A stretch of 64,000 bases of DNA from Promethearchaeota archaeon (GCA_019057795.1 JAHLWS010000049.1:32001-96000); one strand, 5' to 3'. Positions 21,533 to 31,634 are shown, counted from the first letter of the stretch. The notes: a model not told the origin generated them from the sequence alone. Made by a program: numbers and translations.

Positions 21533-22861
21533 ATGACAGAAGTGTTTATAGTCGATACTAAACAAGGTTTAGAATCTGCAGTTAATGAAATGTTTAATAA
21601 TTTAGAAAAGATTGAACCGATTTTGAAAAGCTCAAAGGAAGTTTATATTAAAGTAAATGGTATAGATTTTCATAAACATAGTTATACATCTCCAGAAGTC
21701 TTAAAAGCAGTTATAGAATATCTCAACAATATTGGTGCAGATGTATATGTCATGGAAAACTCTACGCAAGCAAATATGACTCGAATAGTTTTTGCAATTA
21801 ACGGTTTTAAGGATGTATGTGAGGAGACGGGTGCCAAAATCATATTTTTAGACGAAGAAGATACTAAAACTTTTGAATTTAAAGGGAAACCTTCCGTGGC
21901 AGAAAACTCTAAAGGATACATCTTAAAAACCTTTCGATTACCTAAAACGATTACTAAAATTATGAAAAATAGAGATTCTATAACATATATTAATCTTCCA
22001 AAACTTAAAACCCATTCAATGGCAGGAGTGACGCTTGGAATTAAAAATCAATGGGGTTTTCCCCAACACGCAGACCGGGGTAAAGACCATAATTATAACT
22101 TACATTCAAAATTAGTAGATGTGTATGAATACATTAAACCAGATATAACGATTATTGATGGAATTGAAGGCACGGTTCATGGGCATTACCCTCCTACAGC
22201 ATGGGAAGATCGCCTCGTTAAACAATTTGATATCTTGATTGGAGGATGGGACACGTTAGCTGTTGATGTCGTTGGTGCGAGAATTTTTGGTTTAACATTA
22301 GACGATGTTCCTCATTTAAAAATAGCCTTTAAACGAGGGTTAGGAGAAGGTGATTTGAGCAAAATAAAGGTTACAGGAAAAAATTTAGAGGAATATAAGG
22401 AAAAGTATGAGACGAACATACTGCAAGAGTTCCCCGAAGATGTAAAAATTATTAAAGGTAAGGAATTATTGTGTAGGGAAGGCTGCGAAAACAACCCGTT
22501 GACGACTATGCAAGTATTTGCTAATGATCATAGGGACAAATTTAAGGGAGGCTGGTTTATCGTCATGGGTAAAGGACACGACGAAAACATTGTGGAACAA
22601 TTGAAGAAAGAAGGTTACACTAAGGGGCTCGTAGCAGGATATTGTGCGATAGATGAGGTCGGAGATAAGCTTGTAAAGGAATTCGGGAAACGTAAAGTAT
22701 TTTTTTCTGGTGATTGCAACAATCTAGCTGAGACTGTAAAAGCGATATTAAAACTTTCAAAAATGAGTGTTTTTGATTTGGTGCCAATTTCAAATGAAGC
22801 GTTGATGGCGCTCATTGATGCTGCTAACGAGCACAGTAGTACCGCATTAGTTCCATTGTGA
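21533..22861 (+). CDS. DUF362 domain Fe-S protein
   Basis: INLPKLKTH..AGVTLGIKN, IIDGI, DTLAVD; C-terminal Cys residues. Confidence 0.85.
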   Translation: MTEVFIVDTKQGLESAVNEMFNNLEKIEPILKSSKEVYIKVNGIDFHKHSYTSPEVLKAVIEYLNNIGADVYVMENSTQANMTRIVFAINGFKDVCEETGAKIIFLDEEDTKTFEFKGKPSVAENSKGYILKTFRLPKTITKIMKNRDSITYINLPKLKTHSMAGVTLGIKNQWGFPQHADRGKDHNYNLHSKLVDVYEYIKPDITIIDGIEGTVHGHYPPTAWEDRLVKQFDILIGGWDTLAVDVVGARIFGLTLDDVPHLKIAFKRGLGEGDLSKIKVTGKNLEEYKEKYETNILQEFPEDVKIIKGKELLCREGCENNPLTTMQVFANDHRDKFKGGWFIVMGKGHDENIVEQLKKEGYTKGLVAGYCAIDEVGDKLVKEFGKRKVFFSGDCNNLAETVKAILKLSKMSVFDLVPISNEALMALIDAANEHSSTALVPL

Positions 22862-22977
22862 TAAAAGGAAATGTAAAATGAATTGATTCTTATATATCTT
22901 TATTAACTCTTATTTTTTTACTTTTTTGTAAAGAAAAACTAACTCTTTATTAATAATATGGTTCAATAAAATAATTA

Positions 22978-23730
22978 ATGGATTTAGAATCAAAATATTT
23001 TGAAATAAAACAGTTCTTATCGATATCTGATGAGAAATTTAATTTGGATCAAAAAATCGAGAATATTTTTGATTCAGACAACCTTAAAATAGAAATATTA
23101 GGTAAGATTGTCCAGTTTATCTATTATTTCTCGATGTTTAAAAATATTAAACCGTTTATGAATTCCGTTTATAATTGCATTGAATCAACTTTAGATTTAA
23201 GAACCGAATCTGTAAATGATTTTAAAGAACTACTAATAAAAACTGCATTGATGAGATTTATTCAAGATTATGTAGATTACGCACAATTAACGCAGAAAAA
23301 GCAAATATTGAGACTTTTTTCAGATTCCTTGGATAAACTTCAAATTCAGCCACTAATAATAAATTTAGGATTGTTTCTTAAACCAATGTATCAAGATCAA
23401 GATTACCTTGATAGAGCTAATAAAAACCAAGAAGTGGAAATCTCTTATTTTCTTAACGACGAAATTGAGATTAAAATAAAGGACGCAATTGACAAATGGT
23501 TAAAAACTCAAATCATAAATTTAGACAATCAAGAGAGCTTAAAAACGAACTTGAAAAACAGATACGATAATTTAGCAACCGAATTCAATATTACAAGGGG
23601 GTCAGAAGTTTATCAAAAGTTATCAAAGGAAGTTATGGAAATGCTATCATTGAAACTTACAATGATTAGTCTAATGGATTCGATGTCAGACGAATCATTT
23701 GAACCAATTCCAATAAAATCTTCTCCTTAA
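22978..23730 (+). CDS. hypothetical helical protein
   Basis: 250-aa ORF, no motif recognised. Confidence 0.7.
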   Translation: MDLESKYFEIKQFLSISDEKFNLDQKIENIFDSDNLKIEILGKIVQFIYYFSMFKNIKPFMNSVYNCIESTLDLRTESVNDFKELLIKTALMRFIQDYVDYAQLTQKKQILRLFSDSLDKLQIQPLIINLGLFLKPMYQDQDYLDRANKNQEVEISYFLNDEIEIKIKDAIDKWLKTQIINLDNQESLKTNLKNRYDNLATEFNITRGSEVYQKLSKEVMEMLSLKLTMISLMDSMSDESFEPIPIKSSP

Positions 23731-23891
23731 TCGAAAATATATTTGTTTTCCTTTTCCTATTCCTTGAGTAATTTCGAATTTTTATCATTTCAAGATTTAA
23801 AATATTGAAATCTATTAATTCTTGGATAAGTAAATTATTAAATACAAATTTTGATATTATATTTAAAAAAACCCATTAATCAATTCCTCAA

Positions 23892-25058
23892 GTGAGAAAA
23901 TTGGAAGAAAATGAAAAGCCTTTAACACCCGAAGAAATTGAAAACCAAAAGAAGATTGTTGAAGATCTATATAAAAAAGAAAGGGATGAAAGAGAAAACT
24001 ACTTAAAAAGTTTCGAGGTAGAACGGAAAGCTGCTTTTGAAGAGAGTAAAGAATTGATTTCTGCCTTGATATCCGAGAAAAGTTTCAAGAGAGAAAAACA
24101 AAGAGAACGAGATTTAGAAAGAATGGAACTAAAACCCGACATTGAACAAACTGGTGAAGCAATCGAAAAAACCGTTGGAGAAAAAGCATTTATGAGAGAA
24201 AAACAAAGAGAAGCAGATTTTAAAAGGACAGATCTAAAGCCTGACTTTAGAGGTGTTAGTGAAGTAATAAGCAAAATCATCGATGATAAAGCGTTTTTAA
24301 TTGAAAAGAAACGGGAATCTGATGTCCGACGATTAAAAATAAAACCTGATATGGAAAGCGCAAGGGACGCAATTAGTAAAAGTATTAATGAAAAAGCTTT
24401 CGTGATTGAAAAAAAGAAAGAGAGCGATTCTCGTCGTTTAGAATTACATCCTGATATAGAAAAAACAGGAGAAACAATCTCTAAATCTATAGGTGAAAAA
24501 GCATTTGTTAGAGAAAAACAAAGAGAACGAGATTTTGAAAGAATGGAGCTAAAACCAGCCTTTATGAAAACGGGAGAGGCAATAAGTAAAACCGTGGCGG
24601 AAAAAGCATTTAGAAGAGATAAACAACGCGAAACGGATCAGAGAATGTTAAATTTGCATCCCAAAATTATTGAAAAAAGCGAAGCTATTAAAGCGTCTAT
24701 TGATGAAAAAGCGTTTATGATTGAAAAAAAGAAAGAGAGCGATTCTCGTCGTTTAGAATTACATCCTGATATAGAAAAGACAGGAGAAACAATCTCTAAA
24801 TCTATAGGTGAAAAAGCATTTGTTAGAGAAAAACAAAGAGAACGAGATTTAGAAAGAATGGAGCTAAAACCAGCCTTTATGAAAACGGGAGAAGCAATAA
24901 GTAAAACCGTGGCGGAAAAAGCATTTGTTAGAGAAAAACAAAGAGAACGAGATTTAGAAAGAATGGAGATTAAACCCGATATTAAAGGTATTGGCACTTT
25001 AATCGAAGGAAAGCTTGAAAAAATCGAACAAAAGAAAAAGGATGAAAATCTTACTTAA
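23892..25058 (+). CDS. charged protein with nine tandem 35-aa repeats (nebulin-like periodicity)
   Basis: repeat consensus P-x-[IFM]-x5-[AT]I-x-K-x-[IV]-x-EKAF-x-x-EK-x-RE-x-D-x-x-R-x-x-L, exact 35-aa period. Confidence 0.85.
   Translation: MRKLEENEKPLTPEEIENQKKIVEDLYKKERDERENYLKSFEVERKAAFEESKELISALISEKSFKREKQRERDLERMELKPDIEQTGEAIEKTVGEKAFMREKQREADFKRTDLKPDFRGVSEVISKIIDDKAFLIEKKRESDVRRLKIKPDMESARDAISKSINEKAFVIEKKKESDSRRLELHPDIEKTGETISKSIGEKAFVREKQRERDFERMELKPAFMKTGEAISKTVAEKAFRRDKQRETDQRMLNLHPKIIEKSEAIKASIDEKAFMIEKKKESDSRRLELHPDIEKTGETISKSIGEKAFVREKQRERDLERMELKPAFMKTGEAISKTVAEKAFVREKQRERDLERMEIKPDIKGIGTLIEGKLEKIEQKKKDENLT
24403..24925 (+). repeat. near-identical ~208-bp duplication at 315-bp offset inside the repeat gene
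   Basis: segment starting tgattgaaaaaaagaaagagagcgattctcgtcg at 24403 recurs at 24718. Confidence 0.85.
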
Positions 25059-25089
25059 AAACTAAAATCTTCTAAAGAACTATTCGAAG

Positions 25090-25593
25090 TCATAAATGAA
25101 TATCAAATTTAAATAATGAATTTAAATTCATATTTTCTAACCTTTTTTTATATCTTAAAATTGATGGATCAATATTTCCATTAAAATGATTTATGTTATA
25201 TTCAAATTTTTTATAGAAATCCTCCATAATCTGATGTAATATTACTCTTTCTACTTGCAAATTTGTTTTCTTTGTAATCGCAATAACGGATAATCGACCT
25301 TTCCTTTCGTACAATATTCGGGTTTCTTTAAAGTTGATTTCTTGAATCTCGTCATCTATTGAATCGGGTTTGAGTTCAGCTATAAATTGGTCTAAAGCGT
25401 TTAAAAAACCACTAATTAAATCCCCATGGGATAAAAAGTTTGTCTTATTGGTATATTTATTGCTTAATAGTAAAGAACCAGTTAAATTGTCTAAAAAATA
25501 TAAAGCATAAAATCGATTTTCGTTTGAATTAAGTTTTTCTAATTTAAATCCATATGTTTTTTCTATACCTCTATTATTCCAATTGTACGACAT
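25090..25593 (-). CDS. longin/roadblock-like domain protein
   Basis: DLISGFLNALDQFIAEL...IQEINFKETRILYE...LHQIMEDFYKKF pattern typical of Asgard longin-like proteins. Confidence 0.65.
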   Translation of the reverse strand: MSYNWNNRGIEKTYGFKLEKLNSNENRFYALYFLDNLTGSLLLSNKYTNKTNFLSHGDLISGFLNALDQFIAELKPDSIDDEIQEINFKETRILYERKGRLSVIAITKKTNLQVERVILHQIMEDFYKKFEYNINHFNGNIDPSILRYKKRLENMNLNSLFKFDIHL

Positions 25594-25759
25594 ATTAATA
25601 AGACTAATGATCTCAAGAATTTTCCTATTAAAACATAAAGTCTATCTTGATTTAAAACATAAACGTTATCTCAGTGTTATGATATTTTTCGAGCTTTTAA
25701 ACGATTAACTTTTTGTTTTAAAAATATCATACAAGTCAAACATCATATTATGAAAATAA

Positions 25760-26311
25760 TTGGAAAAAAAAATAAAAATTAAAAACAAACGTAATTTATT
25801 AATAGACATATACTCTTCATATCACATTTTATTTTTGATGAAAATGGTTGTAAATAACAACGAGGGAAAGCAGAAAAACAAAATTTCTATTGGTTTAATT
25901 ATATCAAAAGATGATTTTAATTCTACTATTTTTCCCGAAGAAGTTAAAAGTGAGATTATTGACACCCCCTATTATCTTTTAATTTTTATTTCTCGCGAAG
26001 ATTCTATAAAAATTAGCTGCTTCCCTACAAAGACTAAAAATATCAAAAAAATCTTAATAAAATTAATAGAATTTTCTCCAGATCTAGTTAAAGGGATATC
26101 TACAGTGTTAGGTGAGCTTAATTTAAGTCGAGATATCTTACATACCACGGGAATATGCTATGAGCTTGAAAAGTGTTTCTATGAAACCTACCTACTTGGA
26201 GACTCACTAAATACAGGGAACATTACTACTGAGGCAATAAAGGAAAGATTTTTGGCAATTGATAAAGTTGTTAACGTTGAAATTGAAAATATTTCAATTC
26301 ATAATGAATAG
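25760..26311 (+). CDS. hypothetical protein, possible ACT-like C-terminal domain
   Basis: beta-alpha-beta-beta-alpha-beta pattern in C-terminal half; start probably ATG at 25838. Confidence 0.6.
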   Translation: MEKKIKIKNKRNLLIDIYSSYHILFLMKMVVNNNEGKQKNKISIGLIISKDDFNSTIFPEEVKSEIIDTPYYLLIFISREDSIKISCFPTKTKNIKKILIKLIEFSPDLVKGISTVLGELNLSRDILHTTGICYELEKCFYETYLLGDSLNTGNITTEAIKERFLAIDKVVNVEIENISIHNE

Positions 26312-26323
26312 AATTATTGAAAC

Positions 26324-26530
26324 ATGAACAACAAAAATTTACCCCCACCTCCAACTCTCCCACCAAATTTTACTGTTTCAGAAAAATTTTGTTTGTTACA
26401 TAAAGGTGAATTGTCAGAGGAAAATTATACTTGCCCTAAATGTAAAACTAAATACTGTTTAAAATGTGCTAAAAAAGCCAAAATTGAAGGAAAATCGTGC
26501 GTAAAGTGTAAACAATTAATATTAGTGTAA
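26324..26530 (+). CDS. small RING-like Zn finger protein with polyproline N-terminus
   Basis: LPPPPTLPP then CxxH-x10-CxxC-x4-CxxC-x10-CxxC. Confidence 0.75.
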   Translation: MNNKNLPPPPTLPPNFTVSEKFCLLHKGELSEENYTCPKCKTKYCLKCAKKAKIEGKSCVKCKQLILV

Positions 26531-26560
26531 TTTTTTTCCTTTAAAAACTCGTAATTATCG

Positions 26561-26959
26561 TTATCCAGTTCTAATTGAACTTAAACTGCGCCATGTTTTC
26601 CAAAATATTAACCATAAAATTATGAAAATAAAAATTGTAGTAGTAAATGTGTAGCCACCAATAAAGAGATCAACAAAAATCAAAAACGGAATACCCGCGC
26701 TCGCGAACCCGATTAAGTAACCGTACCCCCAATATCTATTAATTATAGCTATAATCACCCCTGGGATTATTGTCGTTATTATGATTGATAAAAACGCTAG
26801 AACTTCTATCGCCCGAGGAGCGTCCAAAATAAAGGTCATATTAAACCACGATGCGATAAAACCTATAACGGAAAATAATAATGTCCAAATCTCTAACTTT
26901 AGGTCAGGCTCTGCCTTTTCTCTCGATTTATTTATTTCGTTGTTCTCTGCTTCCATCAA
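26561..26959 (-). CDS. small multi-pass membrane protein
   Basis: about four hydrophobic segments. Confidence 0.75.
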   Translation of the reverse strand: MMEAENNEINKSREKAEPDLKLEIWTLLFSVIGFIASWFNMTFILDAPRAIEVLAFLSIIITTIIPGVIIAIINRYWGYGYLIGFASAGIPFLIFVDLFIGGYTFTTTIFIFIILWLIFWKTWRSLSSIRTG

Positions 26960-27286
26960 AATTCTCTTTGTTTTTTATTTTATGCTTAGAAAAAATTAAT
27001 CTATTTTTTTTGTTGTATGTGATAATTAAACCATATTTAAAAAATTATTAACTAATCAAATCAATGAGAATAACATTGTAATTTTTGTAAAACTAACTAA
27101 ACTGCGTATATTTTTTGGACAAAAGTTTCAAAATATCAACAATCCTTTTAAATACCACTAAAGATATTAAATATTTAAGATAAAAATATATGTGTTAAAA
27201 CATATAATAATCGTAGAAGATAAGAATTAATAAACAAAGTTTTACAAATTAAAGTTAAATAAAATAGGGAATTAGTATTAAACCAT

Positions 27287-27401
27287 GACTCCTGCCCCAC
27301 CCTGGATTTTTGTCTTTTGGTAGTGTGTTTTACACACTTATTTCGCCCTCCTCCCCCTATTTTATTTCTGACCTTATCATTAGGTCGAGGTGGCAGGAGT
27401 C
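27287..27401. ncRNA. candidate structured RNA (three-stem multibranch), family unknown
   Basis: perfect 10-bp closing stem GACTCCTGCC/GGCAGGAGTC, internal hairpins AGTGTGT-TTT-ACACACT and GACCT-N7-AGGTC; GC-rich patch in a very AT-rich intergenic region. Confidence 0.55.
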
Positions 27402-27668
27402 TCCCTTTTCTATCGATTTTATTCGATTATAACTATCTCTAAGAAGTTTTTAAAACAAACATTTATCTTAAAGAATCTTAATTTTAGACTAAGATATAAT
27501 TTGAATTAAAAGAATTGTTGGATTTTATTAATTTATTAACACTTTTTTAATAATATTGATAATACTATTGATACTACGAAAGTTCTTATAAAATTAAAAT
27601 GCGATAATGTTTTTTCTAATTAAATAAAATATTATTTAATCAAAATTTTGTTAAAAAAATAAGTTAGA

Positions 27669-29378
27669 TTGATACTTATGACAGAAGAAATTATAAGACG
27701 AACTACATCCATATGTCCAGAATGTTTACAACTTATCGCAGCGGAAATCTATGTCGATCCTGAAACTAACTGGGTCATGATGAGAAAAAATTGTGAAGAA
27801 CACGGCGACTTTAAAGATAAACTCTCAATTGACCCAATTGAATACAAATGGGCCGAAACCTTCACGGACGATATCGGGTCTACTATAAATAATTCTACTA
27901 AACCTGAATATTTAAGCTCAGGAATAAAAAAGAGTGTGAAAGGATGCCCATACGATTGTGGACTTTGCGAAAATCATCAAAGCGCTCCTAACATTTGCCT
28001 TATTGACATTACTAATCGTTGCAATTTAACATGTCCAATTTGCTTTGCAAACGCAAGCGCGACAGGGTATGTTGTAGAACCCACCTTTGATCAACTTGTT
28101 CTAATAATGGAACACTTCAGATCAATGAAACCCGTTGCGGCTGTTATGCTACAAATATCAGGTGGAGAACCCACTATGAGAGATGACCTACCAGATATAA
28201 TTCGTAAAGGGAAAGAACTTGGTTTTACTGAAGTTATGGTCACAACTAACGGCGTCAGATTTGCAAAATCTGTCGATTTCTTTCAACAATGTAAAGATGC
28301 CGGGATGGACGCCATCTACTTACAGTTTGATGCAACTGACGATCCAGAAGCCTGGAAAAAGATACGGGGAGTTAACCTATGGCCTTTAAAAAAGCGAGTA
28401 ATCGAAAATAGTCGAAAAATAGGATACTTTGGGATAATGTTAGTTCCGGTAATAGCTAAAGGCGTTAACGATCACCAAGTAGGAAATATTTTAGACTACG
28501 CAAAGGACAATAGTGATGTGATCTCTGGAGTAGTATTCCAACCTGTTTCTCTTTGTGGACGGATCAGTTTCGAGGAACTGATGGATTTGAGATATACAAC
28601 TTCAGATCTAAAGCTAGCAATTAATAAACACACAAATAATGCAATACAAAGATTTTACCCTATCGCATTTATGGCAAAAACGACTAGATTATTAGCTTGG
28701 TTCGATAATGTGCCACAGTTTAGTACGACGAGCCATAAAGACTGCGGATTCGCCACTATCATGATAATTGACGAAAAAGAGCAGTGGAAATCGCTAGACC
28801 ATTATTTTGACACGGAAGGGCTTGTAAGATGGTCAAATAAAGTTTATGACATGGTTCAAGGAAAAGAAGTTCCAAAACCTACGGGTTTCTTAAAAGGCAT
28901 AAAACTAGAAGATTTTGGCGCTGTTGCCAGCACTGTTGGAAAGTTTATTGACGATATGACCGACCTCGGATATCGGCAGATGATGAAGGCCTATTTCTTT
29001 GCAGGCTCTATTAAGTTTGTGAAGCAACCAGAGAAATTTTTAACTAGCAAAACTTATCAAGGTTTTGTACGATTGATTTTGTCTCCGAATTTAGCCTCTG
29101 CGGCGAGTTTCTTGCATTCGCGTAATCTTTTCATCTCGGCCATGCATTTCCAAGATGCATACAACTTTGACCTCGATAGAATTTGCAAATGCTTGGTACA
29201 CTATGGCGTAATTGACCCTGAAGACCATTCTAAAGTCCTAGAGATTCCTTTCTGTGCTATGAACACGCTACATAGAGAAAGAATAGAAAAGGGCAATGTA
29301 ATTTCAGATCAAGCTGCCATAAAGCCAGACATTATCCAAGCTGAAATAAAGGAATTGTTAGAAACCGTAAAAGAATAA
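27669..29378 (+). CDS. tes: radical SAM enzyme, tetraether lipid synthase (Tes/GDGT-MAS)-like
   Basis: TTSICPEC...CEEHG, GCPYDCGLC..H, TNRCNLTCPICFANA, MHFQDAYNFD, CLVHY...IPFCAMN. Confidence 0.78.
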   Translation: MILMTEEIIRRTTSICPECLQLIAAEIYVDPETNWVMMRKNCEEHGDFKDKLSIDPIEYKWAETFTDDIGSTINNSTKPEYLSSGIKKSVKGCPYDCGLCENHQSAPNICLIDITNRCNLTCPICFANASATGYVVEPTFDQLVLIMEHFRSMKPVAAVMLQISGGEPTMRDDLPDIIRKGKELGFTEVMVTTNGVRFAKSVDFFQQCKDAGMDAIYLQFDATDDPEAWKKIRGVNLWPLKKRVIENSRKIGYFGIMLVPVIAKGVNDHQVGNILDYAKDNSDVISGVVFQPVSLCGRISFEELMDLRYTTSDLKLAINKHTNNAIQRFYPIAFMAKTTRLLAWFDNVPQFSTTSHKDCGFATIMIIDEKEQWKSLDHYFDTEGLVRWSNKVYDMVQGKEVPKPTGFLKGIKLEDFGAVASTVGKFIDDMTDLGYRQMMKAYFFAGSIKFVKQPEKFLTSKTYQGFVRLILSPNLASAASFLHSRNLFISAMHFQDAYNFDLDRICKCLVHYGVIDPEDHSKVLEIPFCAMNTLHRERIEKGNVISDQAAIKPDIIQAEIKELLETVKE

Positions 29379-29520
29379 TTTTTTTTCTTTAATTTTTAGA
29401 TGTTTTTAGGCTAATTTTTAATTTTTTTTTAATCTTGTTTTATTTATTTATAATATTTAAGAAAGTTAATTTTGAAATAGCAATTCTAAATTATAATTAA
29501 ATTATTAACTATAAAATAAG

Positions 29521-31275
29521 GTGAAAAAGGCTATTATGACTATTTTATTAAATCCGAAACAACATAAAAGGTATTATCCGGACGCGAAGTCAAAAGAAAT
29601 TATGCTTAAAACCATAGAATTTTTCGAAAACAAAGGGTTAGCGAAACTCAAGGAGGATGATCATAAGCGAGTATGGTATTCTGATTTCCTTGAATTTCAA
29701 AAAAAAAATAAGATTTTTGCCCAATTATTAACCCCGTCTCAATACGGAGAAGACGAGAATTATCGATGGGATACGTGGAGAATATGTGAGTTTAATGAAA
29801 TTATTGCATTTTATGGATTGGCTTATTGGTATACTTGGCAAGTTACAATTCTAGGTCTCGGACCCATTTGGATGAGTAAAAATGAAAAAGCAAAGGAGAA
29901 AGCAGCGAAATTAATTAAGGAAGGTGCTATATTTGCGTTCGGACTATCTGAGAAAGCACATGGAGCAGATATTTACGGAACTGAAATGGCATTAACCCCT
30001 CAGGAAGATGGTTCATATAGAGCTAATGGAGAAAAGTATTATATTGGCAATGGTAACGAAGCAGCAATGGTTTCAAACTTCGGTAAACTTGCTGATAAAG
30101 ATGGCAATATCCCTCCCTATGACATGAAAAATAAGGAACAATATGTTTTCTTTGTGGCAAATTACAAACACAAAAACTATGAATTAATAAAAAATGTCTG
30201 CGACAGTCAAAATTATGTTGCAAATTTTGCACTTCATGATTATCCCATAACCGAAGAAGATATTCTTTCCAAAGGAGAAGAGGCATGGAATTCATCCCTT
30301 AACACGGTTAACGTGGGGAAATATAATTTAGGATGGGCTTCAATAGGACTTTGTACACATGCATTTTATGAAGCAATTCATCATGCAGCTAATCGAAGGC
30401 TCTATAATATGTATGTGACTGATTTTCAGCATGTTAAACAAAACTTTGTTGATGCTTATACTCGTTTAGTCGCTATGAAATTATTTGGGCTAAGAACGGC
30501 CGATTATATGAGAATAGCGTCTAATAAAGACCGTCGATATCTACTTTATGCTCCCGCTATGAAAATGAAAACAACTACTCAAGGAGAGGAAGTTATCAAT
30601 CTTTTATGGGATGTGATTGCGGCAAAAGGTTTCGAAAAAGATATGTTTTTTGAAAGTGCTGCAAGGGATATTCGTGCTTTACCGAAACTTGAAGGCACCG
30701 TTCATGTAAATATCGCCTTAATTTTAAAATTTATGATGAACTTCTTTATGAATCATAAGAAATATGAGGAAATTCCAAGACAAGATCAAGTTAAAGACGA
30801 TACATTCCTTTTTAATCAAGGTCCAACTCGTGGGTTGGGAAGGGTTCGTTTTCACGATTGGAAACCAGCGTTTGAGCAATATAATTTACCCAATGTCAAT
30901 ATATATTTGGAGCAAATTAAGATGTTTAACCTTATGGGCGTAAAGGCTATGCCTAGTGTCGAACAACAAAAAGATATGGACTTCATGCTTTCAGGGATTG
31001 GCGAAATCTTTTCTCTTATTGTATACGGCCATTTAGTCGTTGAAAACGCTAAAATATATGATATTGGTGAAGATACTGTAGACCAAATATTTGATTTTCT
31101 AGTGAGAGACTTTTCCAAATACGCATTAAATCTATATAATAAATCTAGTACTACTCCTGAACAGATGGAATGGTGTTTGAAGATGATTAAGAAACCTAAT
31201 GTCGATCCTGAGCGGTTTGGTAAAGTGTGGAAAATAGTTCACTCGTTAAAGGACGCATATGAAATGAATGAATAA
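29521..31275 (+). CDS. acyl-CoA dehydrogenase family protein
   Basis: AFGLSEKAHGAD, NGEKYYIGNGN, LPKLEGTVHVN; start may be ATG at 29536. Confidence 0.9.
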   Translation: MKKAIMTILLNPKQHKRYYPDAKSKEIMLKTIEFFENKGLAKLKEDDHKRVWYSDFLEFQKKNKIFAQLLTPSQYGEDENYRWDTWRICEFNEIIAFYGLAYWYTWQVTILGLGPIWMSKNEKAKEKAAKLIKEGAIFAFGLSEKAHGADIYGTEMALTPQEDGSYRANGEKYYIGNGNEAAMVSNFGKLADKDGNIPPYDMKNKEQYVFFVANYKHKNYELIKNVCDSQNYVANFALHDYPITEEDILSKGEEAWNSSLNTVNVGKYNLGWASIGLCTHAFYEAIHHAANRRLYNMYVTDFQHVKQNFVDAYTRLVAMKLFGLRTADYMRIASNKDRRYLLYAPAMKMKTTTQGEEVINLLWDVIAAKGFEKDMFFESAARDIRALPKLEGTVHVNIALILKFMMNFFMNHKKYEEIPRQDQVKDDTFLFNQGPTRGLGRVRFHDWKPAFEQYNLPNVNIYLEQIKMFNLMGVKAMPSVEQQKDMDFMLSGIGEIFSLIVYGHLVVENAKIYDIGEDTVDQIFDFLVRDFSKYALNLYNKSSTTPEQMEWCLKMIKKPNVDPERFGKVWKIVHSLKDAYEMNE

Positions 31276-31634
31276 TATTAAGTATTTTTCTTTACTTTTT
31301 TTTCTTTAATTTTTATATAGCTTTATTGCTAATTTTAAATTTTTTTCAAATTTTTAAGGGGATTATAAATTTTAATGAAATTCCATCCTAATTTAGATAG
31401 CAAAAGTGTTTTATTACTTAAAATAAACGACTAACATTAATTTTGCTGAAAGAGAAATAGTTCGTATTGGGGAAATAAAACTAACTTTAAAAAAAAAACC
31501 TTAAATGTTTTAAAAATTCTAAAAATATAGAGCTAGGCAACATGGAGATTTTTGGAAATAAATTAGCTTTTTAAGTTTAACATTAATATCTAAAATTATA
31601 ACACGTATAAAAATGATTTATTAATTCAGACTCT

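Noticed and set aside
24070-24985. Periodic DNA repeats as a CRISPR array
   Set aside because: The 105-bp period lies in frame within one ORF and has no unique spacers; it is a protein repeat.
27285-27401. Structured element as SECIS, tRNA, 5S rRNA or hammerhead ribozyme
   Set aside because: No AUGA/GA quartet geometry, no T-loop or cloverleaf, no 5S conserved motifs and no CUGANGA core were found.
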